Source of the DNA: Candidatus Latescibacterota bacterium
GTDB taxonomy: Bacteria; Latescibacterota; UBA2968; UBA8231
NCBI GenBank assembly: GCA_965261395.1
Contig: OZ253462.1
Coordinates: forward strand, 1,376,001 to 1,440,000
Direction of reading: 5' to 3'
Length of the DNA stretch: 64,000 nt
How positions within the stretch are numbered: the stretch's first letter is position 1; every line of letters begins with the position of its first letter. The notes beneath the pieces are model-generated. The model ran no database searches and had not been told where the DNA came from. It saw only the letters and a program-made list of their open reading frames with translations. This document shows, one piece after another, positions 32,378 to 43,070 of this stretch. A program made the position numbers and the translations under genes.

Positions 32378-33314
32378 GATGAAATCCGTCAACCAGATAT
32401 TGTGGTTCAACCCCGGTGCCTGCCACGTCACCTTATCGGGGTCCAGTCCGAGTGTGCGCGCCACACCTGCATAGCCGTAATGTCCGTGACACAACCCACA
32501 CACCTTAATCCCAGTCTCCCGCGTCATCAATGTCGTTCCGTCAAAGACTGGATTGCCCGCTAACAAAACCCACGCATCGGGACACAACTTCTCCATGTCT
32601 TTTGCTACATCCAACATCAGTTGCAAATTGTGATATTCGGGCATGCCGGTTCGGCCGTAAAAATAGCCGAGTTCGGCGGTCATGTTGCGCCGGCGCTGCA
32701 TGAAATACTCATTGTGCGTTATTGTTGCTGTATTGATTACAAAATCAGCGTCTTTTAGCGCAGCTTCCTGATCCGTGGTTTTCTCAAACGTCATATCTGC
32801 GCCTAAGTCCTCGGCATAGCGCCGCCCGAGTGCATAAATGACATCGAGCACTTCCTCGTTGATGTCCATAAAACAAACGTGGCTGCCGTTCAGCGCCTTG
32901 GTCAGACACAAATCCTTCACCAGGCCGAGCGAAAACACCACGCTACCGGCACCAAAAATTGTCACCTTATTGGCCATTGCACCTTCCTCGATGAAAAATA
33001 TCAACAGTAATCTAAGTTGTGGTATAGCCTTGATTTAAGTTTAGTATGTAATCACACACGATTGCAACTGACACCTATATACAAAGTCTACACGATTATA
33101 CATACATTGAAAAAAGCCCTCATGCAAGGACAAAGGAACGATCCCCTCGCGACGAGGAACCTAGGCTGGGCCACCATCGCTACCTTGAGCCAGTGGCTAT
33201 CTGGACGTTTACTGTGTTGAGGGCTATTATGAAGACCGGCCGTGGATTTCACCCAAAACCGCTTTTTTGTGGGAGTAGCCTTCGAGTTTTGACAAGGGAA
33301 GGAGCATTTATACA

Positions 33315-34455
33315 GTGACGGAACTGATGTGGCAGCAGAGTTTTTTGCGATTCGGCATTTGTGTGCTTTTGGCGGGGGTTCTCTGGTTCATGCCTATTCC
33401 CGCAGACTTGCCTGTCAAGGGTTGGCATGTCTTTGCAGTGTTTATCGCTGTGATTACGAGCTTTATTCTGCGTCCCTATCCTATTGGAGCGATGGTGATA
33501 TTCGGTTTGGTGTCACTGGCCGCTACTGGCATTATTACAACGCAGGAGGCGTTGGCTGGATATGGCGACCCAATGGTCTGGTTGATCGTCGCTGCTTTTT
33601 TGCTGGCGGGCGGTATTATCCGCACGGGATTGGGGCGGCGATTGGCGCTTTTGTTGGTCAGCCGCTTGGCGAAATCTCCCTTGGGATTGGGATACTCGAT
33701 CTGCGGTGCGGAGTTGTTACTGGGGCCAGTGGTGCCTTCAAACACCGCGCGCGGTGGCGGTATTTTAGCCCCCATCGTGCGCTCCTTGGCTGAAGCGTTG
33801 GACTCCTATCCGACGCGGCATCCCGAACGAGCGGGGACCTATCTTGCGCTGGTTGGCTCGCACGCCAATCTGATCACCGCGGCGATGTTTCTCACGGGCA
33901 TGGCGGCCAATCCAATGGTGGCGCAGGCTGCCAAAGCGGTGTTTGGCGTCACCTTTGATTGGGGAACGTGGGCGCTTGGGTCGTTGGTTCCGGGACTCGT
34001 CGGACTAGCCCTACTGCCGATATTTATTTTTCTGCTAGCAAAGCCGACACTGGCGGACACCCGTGCAGCGCAAGCTGTCGCGCAAAGAGATCTTGAGGAG
34101 ATGGGCAGGTGGAGCAGGGGCGAAAAGGTTATGGGGGTTGTGTTGCCGGTTTTGCTCCTATTGTGGGTGACCAAACCGCTTCATGGAATGCATACAACGT
34201 TGGTCGCTTGGATTGGTGTATCAATTCTGCTCATCACCAATACTGAAAAATGGCAGGATATGATGGCAAACGACAAAGCGTGGGAGACACTCATATGGAT
34301 TGGTGGTTTGCTGACTATGGCGAGAAGTCTCAAAGAGCACGGATTTATTGATTGGTTTGCCCAGGCCGTCGGCGCGTGGTTTGCCGATGTCAGTGGTATA
34401 ACGGTTGTCTTGGTTATGGCACTAATTTACTTCTATTCGATGTATAGTTTTTCGA
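33315..34455 (+). pseudogene. DASS family sodium-coupled anion symporter, 3'-truncated by IS5
   Basis: TGLGRRLA, VPSNTARGGG, MFLTGMAANP; similarity ends at YSMYSFS where the IS IR starts. Confidence 0.85.
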
Positions 34456-35609
34456 GGCGTTGTTGCATGAATCATATCTGGGGTATCATGGTCGAATGTT
34501 GTTTTTTGTTCAGTTAATTTTTTCTACTCGATACGACTGGGGTTTGCCCAGATGGATCATTCGATTGAGGATGGCACAGCCCAAGCGACTTTCGACCTGT
34601 TGGTTAGCCCAGCTACGTGCCTTCAGCTTGTCGCCGATGAGGTGCTTATAGCGATAGATCTGCGTTTCAGCCAACGAGCGTCGATGATAGCCACTGGCCT
34701 GTTTCCACGCCTTGCGTCCCTGGTGTCGAATGGCTCGAAGGATCTCATCCCGTGCCAACGCGGGTGCCTTACAATTGCCATGCTGTTGGATCTTAGCGTC
34801 TTTGCGCAGCGCGATGAGGGGCCGAATCGCGGGACCACTCCGCGGCGTGGCCAACGCGTCGAAAACCTTACGTTTGTCGTATGCACCATCTCCACCTACT
34901 GCCCCCACCGCCTCGTCGACTTGGGTCAGCAAGGGGGCGACCTGCGAGGCATCATCGATCCGATGGGACGTCAACGTCTGGGCGACCACCTCGCCGGTGG
35001 CCTCGTGGACCCCCACATGCAGTTTGCGCCAAGTCCGCCGTTTGGTCCAGCCGTGTTGACGGACTTTCCACTCGCCCTCACCGTAGACTTTCAAGCCGGT
35101 CGAATCTACCACCAAGTGCATCGGTTTATCGGGGCACTTTCTCGGCAACACCACCGCCAAGTTCCCTTGGCGACGCGACAAGGTCGAGTAATCCGGCGTC
35201 GCCAAGTCCAACTGCATCAAGTCCAAAAGCGATTGGATAAAGCCCTGCGTCTGGCGCAACGGCAACCGAAGCAACACCCGCATCGTCAACATCCATTCAA
35301 TCGCTGGATCCGAATATACAAACGGAGCACCCCGTTGAGACGGCCCCTGATCATACCACTGCTTCCACAACGAATCGTCCAGCCAGACCGTCAGGCTACC
35401 ACGGGCGATCAACGCCCGATTATACGACGACCAATTCTGGACCCGATACACCGCTTTCGACTTGACCGAGGGCGAACCGCCCGATAGTTTGCTCATCACA
35501 GGCTCTCAGGGAAGAGAGGTACGTGTTTCTTGCTGGAAATCACGAACCAATCTAACTGGAGAGCCTGACTCAGTTCAAGACCCTAACACCGCTTTCATGC
35601 AACAACGCC
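34456..35609 (-). mobile_element. IS5 family (IS903 group) insertion sequence, no TSD
   Basis: Perfect 16-bp IRs GGCGTTGTTGCATGAA / TTCATGCAACAACGCC; flanks differ. Confidence 0.92.
34510..35499 (-). CDS. IS5 family transposase
   Basis: NWSSYNRALIARGSL, VDSTGLKVYGEGEW, GDGAYD, YHRRSLAET. Confidence 0.95.
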   Translation of the reverse strand: MMSKLSGGSPSVKSKAVYRVQNWSSYNRALIARGSLTVWLDDSLWKQWYDQGPSQRGAPFVYSDPAIEWMLTMRVLLRLPLRQTQGFIQSLLDLMQLDLATPDYSTLSRRQGNLAVVLPRKCPDKPMHLVVDSTGLKVYGEGEWKVRQHGWTKRRTWRKLHVGVHEATGEVVAQTLTSHRIDDASQVAPLLTQVDEAVGAVGGDGAYDKRKVFDALATPRSGPAIRPLIALRKDAKIQQHGNCKAPALARDEILRAIRHQGRKAWKQASGYHRRSLAETQIYRYKHLIGDKLKARSWANQQVESRLGCAILNRMIHLGKPQSYRVEKIN

Positions 35610-35815
35610 TCGTTCAAGTATCATTGCAAGCAGCCGAGCCTGAGATTCACTTAGAAGCAGGCTCCCTCGACATGGCTAGGTCTGGATTCTTGTACACCGT
35701 ACCTTCGGCTTCTTTTGAGCAGATCGACGATGAGCAGTGGATATCATATAGCTCCGTTGAACCATGCGACAAAGTTCGAATAAACCCCAAGGACTTTCTC
35801 CACTGGCTACGGTGA
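35610..35815 (+). pseudogene. C-terminal remnant of an unknown gene cut by the IS
   Basis: Open frame ...GFLYTVPSASFEQIDDEQWISYSSVEP...* begins at the IS end without its own start. Confidence 0.4.
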
Positions 35816-35889
35816 GAACGCGTCTAAAGAGATTGCGCCTTAGCTCGAACCTCTGACAACCCACATCTCCGATTGAAAGGCAACTCCAA

Positions 35890-36669
35890 ATGCTGATAAT
35901 CGACACGCACTGCCACGCCGGTAACAACTGGTTTGAGCCCATCGAGACACTCGAATTCGAGATGGACCGCAACGGCGTTGACCAGGCCGTCCTCATCCAA
36001 CACGGCGGCACATACGACAACACCTACCTCCTCCAAGAAGCAGCCAAGCGACCGGGCCGGTTCAAAGTTGCGGTCCTCGTCGATCCCGGGTCCCGCGATC
36101 CACTCGGCGATCTTGCGCGGCTCGCAGCGCAAGGGGCCGCCGGTGTGCGCATTGCGCCGGGTGGCCAGTTCGCCAACGCTGGTCCTTACGACATGTGGCG
36201 CAGAGCCGGCGAACTTAGCCTCGTAGTCTCAAGCATCGGCAATGCATCCCAGTTCGCTGCCGACGGCTTCTCTCGCGTACTCGATGCCTGCCCCGACACG
36301 CACGTCATCCTCGAACACCTCGCAGGAGTGGGCATTGCCGAGCCGCCCTACGCCGACTACGTTGAGGCCCTGCAACAGGGCGAGCGCGACAACACCAGCA
36401 TCAAAGTCCCCGGCTTGGGCGAAATCTGCACCCGCCCGCCGCGCCTGCTGCCCGAGCTCGAATTCGACCATGTACCGCCATTTTTCGAGATGGCCAAGGA
36501 CGCGTTCGGCGTGCAACGCATGATGTGGGGCAGTGACTTCCCGCCCAGCGCTGGCAGAGAGGGCTACGCCAATGCGCTGCGCGGTGTCCTCAAGCATCCG
36601 GCCTTTGCCGACGGCGATGATATCGAGTGGGTCATGGGCAAGACCGCGGCGCGCGTGTGGGGATTCTAA
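35890..36669 (+). CDS. amidohydrolase family (Amidohydro_2) protein
   Basis: IDTHCH, ILEHLAG, MWGSDFP. Confidence 0.9.
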   Translation: MLIIDTHCHAGNNWFEPIETLEFEMDRNGVDQAVLIQHGGTYDNTYLLQEAAKRPGRFKVAVLVDPGSRDPLGDLARLAAQGAAGVRIAPGGQFANAGPYDMWRRAGELSLVVSSIGNASQFAADGFSRVLDACPDTHVILEHLAGVGIAEPPYADYVEALQQGERDNTSIKVPGLGEICTRPPRLLPELEFDHVPPFFEMAKDAFGVQRMMWGSDFPPSAGREGYANALRGVLKHPAFADGDDIEWVMGKTAARVWGF

Positions 36670-36723
36670 GAATTGGGATACTGCGAGAAAATCTAACTTC
36701 CTTGTGGAAAATAACAGAGCGAA

Positions 36724-37347
36724 ATGGCCAAAGAAAAAAAGAAAACTACGCGCCAAGCGTATGGCATCACATTACTCAAAGCTGCTGACCCCCGGGTGCT
36801 AGCCCACAAAAAGAAGCACGAACCCTGCATCCACGGCGACAAATTCTGGAATTCGAGTTGGTGCGTGATGGACTTCCTCTCGCACCAGGGCCTGCTACCA
36901 AAGGCGCAGGTTTTGGATATCGGCTGCGGTTGGGGCCTCGCCGGGATATACTGCGCCAAAAACCACGGTGCCTGCGTCACGGCGATGGACGCGGATGCGG
37001 CGGTCTTTCCCTACTTGCAGCTACACGCCGAGATCAACGAAGTCGAGATAGAGACCTGGTGCTGCAAGTTTGAGAAAGTAAAAAGGAAAGACCTGCGACA
37101 AACCAACCTGATCATCGGGGCCGATATTTGCTTCTGGGACGAGATGGTCGAGCCGCTCTACAAGCTGATCAAAAAGGCGATCGGGGTCGGGGTCGGGCAG
37201 ATCATCATCGCCGACCCGGGCCGACCGCCCTTTCACTCGCTGAGCGAGCAGGTCATAGAGAAGCTCGGCGGCGAGCTCAAAGAATGGGAAATCGACGGCG
37301 AGGTCAAAGCCGACGCGTACCTGCTCATCGCGGGCACGCTGCCCTAG
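36724..37347 (+). CDS. class I SAM-dependent methyltransferase (protein-lysine MTase-like)
   Basis: HGDKFWNSS, VLDIGCGWGLAG, IGADICF, IADPGR. Confidence 0.85.
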   Translation: MAKEKKKTTRQAYGITLLKAADPRVLAHKKKHEPCIHGDKFWNSSWCVMDFLSHQGLLPKAQVLDIGCGWGLAGIYCAKNHGACVTAMDADAAVFPYLQLHAEINEVEIETWCCKFEKVKRKDLRQTNLIIGADICFWDEMVEPLYKLIKKAIGVGVGQIIIADPGRPPFHSLSEQVIEKLGGELKEWEIDGEVKADAYLLIAGTLP

Positions 37348-38300
37348 AACCAGTTTCCTTTATCCACCACATTCACCAAGGCCTCGCCGCGGGCGAAGCG
37401 CTGGCAATTTTCCACCAGCAAGTCGCGTCGGCGCTCGGCCAAATAAGGACCGGCCGCGGCCACGTGCGGGGTCATCAGAAAGTTCGGGGCCGTCCACAGC
37501 GGGTGCTCTGGCGGCAGCGGCTCCTCCTCAAACACATCTAGGGCGGCACCGGCAATCTGGCCCTCGCGCAGGGCTTGGTCGAGGTCGGCCAACTTGACGT
37601 TCGCGCCGCGACCGATGTTGACGAAGTACGCGCTGGCTTTCATCTGCTCGAACTGGGCGCTGGTGAAAAAGCCTTCGGTCTGCGGCGTCTGCGGCGCGGT
37701 GACTAAAACGAAATCCGCCCTCGGCAGGAGTTGGTTGAGCGCGTCTGGGCGGTGTAATTCGTCAATGCCCGGCGGCGGCGACTCAACGCGGGGGTCGATG
37801 CCAACAGTCGTCATGCCCCAGTTCTTGCACTGGCGCGCGGTCTCTGCGCCAATCCCGCCGACGCCGACAATCAGCGCGGTGGCTTCGGGCAGGTAGGTCG
37901 CGGGACTCGATTCCCCGCCGCTGCGCCAATGGCCGGCGAACTGGTTGCGGAAGTAGTTGTGCATGCCGCGCGAGAGCGCCAGCACAAAGGCCATGATATG
38001 GGCCGAGATGTGGTCGTTGAAGATGCCGCGGAAATTGGTCACCACCACATCGCTGGCGATGAGTTCCGGGAAGTAATACCCCTTGGGCGGGCCAGCGGCT
38101 GGGGCGGCCAACCACTTGAGTTGGACGGCCGCGGCCAACAACTCCGGATCCAAAGTGCCGAAACAGGCTTGCGCTGTGGGAAGGGCAGCTAGGGCTTCGG
38201 CGCGGCTTTCGCATTGGACGATCTCCATCGTGGGGACCGCTTCGGACATGGCAGCGGCCAGATCGCTGGCGGGTGACAGAAAGACGAATTTGAAAGACAT
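37344..38300 (-). CDS. D-2-hydroxyacid dehydrogenase
   Basis: VGVGGIG, NIGRG, ALDVFEEEPL, TPHVA. Confidence 0.93.
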   Translation of the reverse strand: MSFKFVFLSPASDLAAAMSEAVPTMEIVQCESRAEALAALPTAQACFGTLDPELLAAAVQLKWLAAPAAGPPKGYYFPELIASDVVVTNFRGIFNDHISAHIMAFVLALSRGMHNYFRNQFAGHWRSGGESSPATYLPEATALIVGVGGIGAETARQCKNWGMTTVGIDPRVESPPPGIDELHRPDALNQLLPRADFVLVTAPQTPQTEGFFTSAQFEQMKASAYFVNIGRGANVKLADLDQALREGQIAGAALDVFEEEPLPPEHPLWTAPNFLMTPHVAAAGPYLAERRRDLLVENCQRFARGEALVNVVDKGNWF

Positions 38301-38382
38301 GTGGCTCCTTTCGTTGGTAGGTTAATTACAATCTAGCTAATCTTCGCATCTGACGCCTCTATGCGTATATTCTCGCAACATT

Positions 38383-39756
38383 TTGCTCACGCCAAGCCCT
38401 GAGTTGCGATCCGTGCAAGACGCCGCGGCCTTACTCTACAAAAAAGTTTCCCTGCCCGACGAGTTCGTCCGCCAGCGCACGGGCGGGGACATTCGCATCG
38501 GCGACCTGACTGGAGACGGGCAGGTCGATTTCCTCGTGTACAATTCCCTCGGGGGCATCAAGCCCTGCTTTCTAGGGGCCTTTTCGCTTGCTGGCGAGCC
38601 GCTTTGGGCGGTGGGAGATCGGGATTTCGCTGCGCTCGACGCGGACGAGCCGGGACGCCTCACGACGATTTCTCCCGACCGCCCGGGGCCAGTGGCTATC
38701 TGCGACATCGACCAAGACGGGCGGCAAGAGGTCCTCTGCTTCCTCATCGACCCCGGCGTGAAACGCACCAGCAAATGGAACCTCGCAGACGTGCACATCG
38801 CCATCCTCGACGGGCGCACGGGTGCGGTCAAACGCTGCGCCGCGCCCGAGGAACTGGCGCGCTGCAACGCCTACGCAGACGGGGAAATGCACATCCCCAA
38901 CTACGTGCATCAGCGGCTGCTGATCGCCAACTTCTCTGGGCACGACCAGCCACGCGATTTTGTCGTCAAGCTGGGCAGCGATGTCCTCGCGTTCAACGAC
39001 CGGCTCGAAGTGCTGTGGCACTATCGCAGCAAGTGGCATCGCTATCCGGAGCACGCGGCGTACATTCCGGCCGTCGGCGACCTAGATGGCGATGGGCGCG
39101 ACGAGGTCAACGGCGGGCACTTCGGCCTCGACCACGACGGAAGCGTATTGTGGGAAACCTTTTTGGGCGACCATGCAGACAGCGTGTTGGTGGATCGGTG
39201 GGGGACGGAACCAGCGGCCATTGTCTCGGGCGGCGGCCAAGTGCTCGACGGCAGCGGACGACGCCTGCTGCACTTGGGGGCGGACGTGGTGCCGCACGGG
39301 CAGGAGGTGCGCTACGGCAACTTGCGGCCCGAGCTACCGGGCCGCGAATTGGCCATCCGCTACAACGGGCACCATGCGGACGTGATGATCGTCGCGCACA
39401 GCGGCGCGGTGCTCAGCCGCTTCCAGGTGGGTGAGTCGCCGAATAACACGGGGATGGAAATCGTGCGCTGGAACGGGCCGGAGCAAGGGGACTTGCTGTA
39501 CAGTCCAGCGGCCCTCTTCAACGGCCGCGGCCACAAGGTCGCAACCTTTCCGGAGCTACCCGCACCGACCGGCGGCAAAATGGGCTGGTATCACTGCTTT
39601 CCGGCCGATGTCTGCGGCGACGAGCGCGAGGAAGTGGTGCTCTATGATCCATACAGCGATGCCGTGTACATCTACACGCCCGCGCCGCTCGACGAGAGCC
39701 GGTTTGACCGCTACCATCACGGCCCGCGCCAGTACAACGCACGGCTGCTCGATTGA
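38383..39756 (+). CDS. FG-GAP/beta-propeller protein (rhamnogalacturonan lyase PL11-like)
   Basis: Repeated GDLTGDG, DIDQDGRQE, GDLDGDGRDE, DVCGDEREE calcium loops. Confidence 0.65.
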   Translation: MLTPSPELRSVQDAAALLYKKVSLPDEFVRQRTGGDIRIGDLTGDGQVDFLVYNSLGGIKPCFLGAFSLAGEPLWAVGDRDFAALDADEPGRLTTISPDRPGPVAICDIDQDGRQEVLCFLIDPGVKRTSKWNLADVHIAILDGRTGAVKRCAAPEELARCNAYADGEMHIPNYVHQRLLIANFSGHDQPRDFVVKLGSDVLAFNDRLEVLWHYRSKWHRYPEHAAYIPAVGDLDGDGRDEVNGGHFGLDHDGSVLWETFLGDHADSVLVDRWGTEPAAIVSGGGQVLDGSGRRLLHLGADVVPHGQEVRYGNLRPELPGRELAIRYNGHHADVMIVAHSGAVLSRFQVGESPNNTGMEIVRWNGPEQGDLLYSPAALFNGRGHKVATFPELPAPTGGKMGWYHCFPADVCGDEREEVVLYDPYSDAVYIYTPAPLDESRFDRYHHGPRQYNARLLD

Positions 39757-39768
39757 CGGGGAGAGAGG

Positions 39769-41022
39769 ATGACGGAAAAGATCGACAAATTCCTGATCGT
39801 ATCCATCGACTGCTGGCGTCGCGATGCGCTGAGCCGGACGAACCCGAGGATGAACACGCCCAAATTCGATCTGCTGACTCGGGATTACGCCTTTGCTGAG
39901 CGCTACTTTGTCACCGCGCCGGCGACCCGCCCTTCGCACACCTCGCTGTTCACCGGGCTGTATCCTTTTGAGCACGGGCTTTTGGGGCAGACCTACTTGA
40001 AGATGTTCGCCGGCGTGGTCAACCTGTTCGACGTTTTTGCCGCGGCCGGGTACAGCGTCCGGGGATTTTCCGAGCGGCCGGATGTATTCCGCTTCCTCGA
40101 CTTCGCGCCTTTTATCGGGCCGGTCGATCCAGCGGCCTCCCAGCAGCACTTGGGGTCGCTCGAACGCTTGTGTACCGAATTGATCGAGCCGAGCGGGCCG
40201 CAGTTTAAATTCCTCCACTTTTGGTACACGCATGGCGGCTACGGCTTGGGCGACATACCCCATCCACCCAATCTGGGTCAGCTAGTGGCGGCTGGTCAGG
40301 TAGAAGAAGCTCTGCGCTACTACGAAGCGGCGGTGACCCACGTGCTGGAGTTTTCCCTCGTCGAGCTGCTCAAGCGCATCGACCTCGACGAGTGGGCGGT
40401 CTTTATCTGCGGCGATCACGGCGAGGGGTTTTGTCGGGAGGTTATGGCGCATGGCGACCGGCTGCATCCCAATGTGGTTCACGTGCCCATGCTGGCACAC
40501 GTGCCGGGCGGGTTCTCCTTTCCGCGCGATGGGGCCGTCTCCGCCATTGACCTCTTTCCGACCATCGCGGCGTTGGCCGACCTACCCACTGACTACCGGG
40601 GATTTGGACAAAACTGGCTGGAGCCGAGCGCGGCGTCGATTGATCGTTGGGTATTATCTGAGCTAGATAGCCTGTACGGCATTGGTTTTCTCAGCGCCGA
40701 CAATCTGCGCCTGCCCGAGGAGCGCGTCACCTCGCCTACGGCTATCGACGGCGAGGAAATAGCGCGCTATACCGAGGGCATCCGCGAGTGGTGCCTGTGC
40801 GATGGACGGCATTTCTACCGCGAGAACGAACAGACGGGCGCATACGTCCTGCGCGACCTGCGCCACGGCGACTTGGCTTGCGAGGATCCATCGTACTACC
40901 GCGCGCAATATCGCGCCTTGCGGGATCGCTCTGCTTATCAACAGATGCAGGCCCAAAGTGAGGCGGCTGGCGAAGCCGCGATCCTCAAAGAACGCCTGCG
41001 TGCCCTTGGGTATCTAGATTGA
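39769..41022 (+). CDS. alkaline phosphatase superfamily sulfatase-like hydrolase (TxPSH)
   Basis: VSIDCWRRD, ATRPSHTSLFTGLYP, GDHGEG, HVP, IDLFPT, RLRALGYLD. Confidence 0.8.
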   Translation: MTEKIDKFLIVSIDCWRRDALSRTNPRMNTPKFDLLTRDYAFAERYFVTAPATRPSHTSLFTGLYPFEHGLLGQTYLKMFAGVVNLFDVFAAAGYSVRGFSERPDVFRFLDFAPFIGPVDPAASQQHLGSLERLCTELIEPSGPQFKFLHFWYTHGGYGLGDIPHPPNLGQLVAAGQVEEALRYYEAAVTHVLEFSLVELLKRIDLDEWAVFICGDHGEGFCREVMAHGDRLHPNVVHVPMLAHVPGGFSFPRDGAVSAIDLFPTIAALADLPTDYRGFGQNWLEPSAASIDRWVLSELDSLYGIGFLSADNLRLPEERVTSPTAIDGEEIARYTEGIREWCLCDGRHFYRENEQTGAYVLRDLRHGDLACEDPSYYRAQYRALRDRSAYQQMQAQSEAAGEAAILKERLRALGYLD

Positions 41023-42098
41023 TCGCCGTGGCCAACCTATTCGTCTTATTGCTCGTTTTGGCCGGGTGCGGCAAGGACGCGGGCGTGGATAGCACCTCAG
41101 GCGACTGTGAAGGCAACGTTCTCCAAGGCAACCACATCGTGCGCTCGCGCGAAGACGCGGATGCGCTGGAGAAGGAGGGGCGGTGCAATTACACCATTGC
41201 TGGCGACCTCGAAATTACGCGCATAAACCTCGCCCTTTTTGAGGGCTTGAACCAACTCAGCGCCGTGGATGGCAACCTCACCATCCACGACAACGACGAC
41301 CTCAAAAACTTTGAGGGGCTGAACAACCTCGCCGCCGTGGGGGGGGACGTTACCATCTACGACAACGACGACCTCGTCGGTCTCACAGGGCTGTCCTTCC
41401 TCCACTCAATCGGCGGCCACCTCAGCGTCTCCCACAACGACAAGCTGATCGCCGTGGACGGCCTAATCAAACTCAACGCGATCGGCGGCAACGGGCGCAT
41501 TGATAACAACAACCAATTGGCCAATGTCGATGGCCTGTTCGGCCTCGCCACGGTCGGCGGCAGCTTCATCATCGCGTTCAACCCCTCTCTTGAGCTAATA
41601 GAGGACCTTTCGAATCTCAGTAGCGTCGGCGGCGACCTCGTCGTCGAGGACAACTTGTCCCTCACCGCGCTAGAAGATGTATCGTCTCTAAAGGAGATTG
41701 GCGGCAGCTTGCGCATTGGACGCAATGCCGCGTTAGACATGGTCGAGGACGTATCCAGCTTAACCCAGATCGGCCAAGACCTGAGCATTTACAGCAATCA
41801 ACGGCTGACGAGCATTGCCGGGCTGGCGAGTCTTAGCCGCGTCGGCGGCGACCTCAACATTTACAACAACAACAAACTGACCACTTTGACGGGGTTGGAA
41901 AGCCTTGAGCAGATCGCCCAAGACCTCAACATCTACAACAACGAAAAACTGTCTAGCCTCGCGGGGCTGGCCAACCTCGTCGGTATTGGGCGCAACGTAC
42001 TCATCGTCGACAACGGCAACTTACCTACCAGCGAAGCCCAAGCCTTGGCCGATCAAGCTGCGGCGGGCGAGGTATCCATCGCCGACAACGCGAATTAA
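41019..42098 (+). CDS. lipoprotein with receptor-L-domain/LRR-like tandem repeats
   Basis: Lipobox LAGC; about 12 repeats of L..L..(V/I)GG.L.I..N..L of roughly 25 aa. Confidence 0.8.
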   Translation: MIAVANLFVLLLVLAGCGKDAGVDSTSGDCEGNVLQGNHIVRSREDADALEKEGRCNYTIAGDLEITRINLALFEGLNQLSAVDGNLTIHDNDDLKNFEGLNNLAAVGGDVTIYDNDDLVGLTGLSFLHSIGGHLSVSHNDKLIAVDGLIKLNAIGGNGRIDNNNQLANVDGLFGLATVGGSFIIAFNPSLELIEDLSNLSSVGGDLVVEDNLSLTALEDVSSLKEIGGSLRIGRNAALDMVEDVSSLTQIGQDLSIYSNQRLTSIAGLASLSRVGGDLNIYNNNKLTTLTGLESLEQIAQDLNIYNNEKLSSLAGLANLVGIGRNVLIVDNGNLPTSEAQALADQAAAGEVSIADNAN

Positions 42099-42886
42099 CC
42101 ACCGCCAACCCCCGATGTAGGAGCGGCCGGCCGGTCGCCCCTAGCCATCCCCGTAATAACCTGCTCCACCTCGGCAACGGTCGTCTCCTTGGGGTCGATG
42201 TCGTCGGCGACGACGCGGCCTTGGCGCAACACTACGATCCGCTCCACGACCTGGAAGACGTGGTGGATGTTGTGCGCGATGAAAATGCAGGAGTGGCCCG
42301 AGTCGCGGGCGTTGCGGACAAAGCGCAAGACGCCTTGCGTCTCCACGACGCCTAGGTTGTTGGTCGGCTCGTCGAGAATGATCAGCTCGCTATCGAAGTG
42401 CATGGCCCGCGCAATGGCCACGGATTGACGCTCGCCGCCCGACAATGCGCCGATGGGCGTCGTCGGAGGAATGTCCTTTTCAATGCCCACCTGCTTGAGC
42501 AAGGTACGGGCTACATTCGCCATCGCCTCTTGGTCCATGCGCCCTAAAAACGCCGGGCCTTTCAGGGGTTCGCGGCCCAAGAAAAAATTCCGCGCAATGG
42601 ACAATTCCGCTACAAGGGCGGAGTCCTGATAGATGGTTTCAATGCCGTAGCCAATGGCGTCGGCAGTGCTCTTGATGTCGGCTCGTTCGCCGCGTATAAA
42701 GATATCGCCGCTGCTGGCGGGAACGGCCCCGGAGAGAATTTTGATCAGCGTGGATTTACCGGCCCCATTGTCGCCGAGCAAGCCGACGATTTCGCGCTCC
42801 TTGACCGTCAGATGGACGTTTTCGAGGGCGCACACCCGTCCGTAAGACTTGCTGATGTTTTTCATCTGCACCAGTGCCCCTGTCAT
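42095..42886 (-). CDS. sugar ABC transporter ATP-binding protein
   Basis: GDNGAGKST, LSGGERQ, ILDEPT, AHN. Confidence 0.93.
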   Translation of the reverse strand: MTGALVQMKNISKSYGRVCALENVHLTVKEREIVGLLGDNGAGKSTLIKILSGAVPASSGDIFIRGERADIKSTADAIGYGIETIYQDSALVAELSIARNFFLGREPLKGPAFLGRMDQEAMANVARTLLKQVGIEKDIPPTTPIGALSGGERQSVAIARAMHFDSELIILDEPTNNLGVVETQGVLRFVRNARDSGHSCIFIAHNIHHVFQVVERIVVLRQGRVVADDIDPKETTVAEVEQVITGMARGDRPAAPTSGVGGG

Positions 42887-42913
42887 CGGCTAGCCCTCTT
42901 TTTGATGAGGTTC

Positions 42914-43070
42914 TCAAAGGTACTGTAAATCATCCAAATCTTTATGCCTTCCACTCGCTTGCTTGTTCTGCTTCAACGGCATAGTCACCGACGAGCAGAT
43001 ATTCAACTCGATGTGAGTTGAGCAACTTCAAGAACTCTTTGAAGTCGGGTGGTAGTTGGATCATAGCCAT
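42914..43070 (-). pseudogene. nucleotidyltransferase-like gene with large internal deletion
   Basis: N-terminus MIQLPPDFKEFLKLLNSHRVEYLLVGDYAV joined out of frame to C-terminus LKQNKQASGRHKDLDDLQYL*. Confidence 0.65.

Larger units (their letters stand above)
30410..32977 (-). pseudogene. family 4 glycosyl hydrolase (alpha-glucosidase/alpha-galactosidase) interrupted by IS5
   Basis: GAGSVVF, NP, GLCHGH, GLNH in 5' half; VNVPN.G...DDVAVEVPA in 3' half; removing IS plus one TSD restores WLTDFIYENKDMYP. Confidence 0.9.

Noticed and set aside
31193-35609. Composite transposon formed by the two IS5 elements
   Set aside because: The first IS has its own TSD, the elements are diverged, and the outer flanks share no duplication
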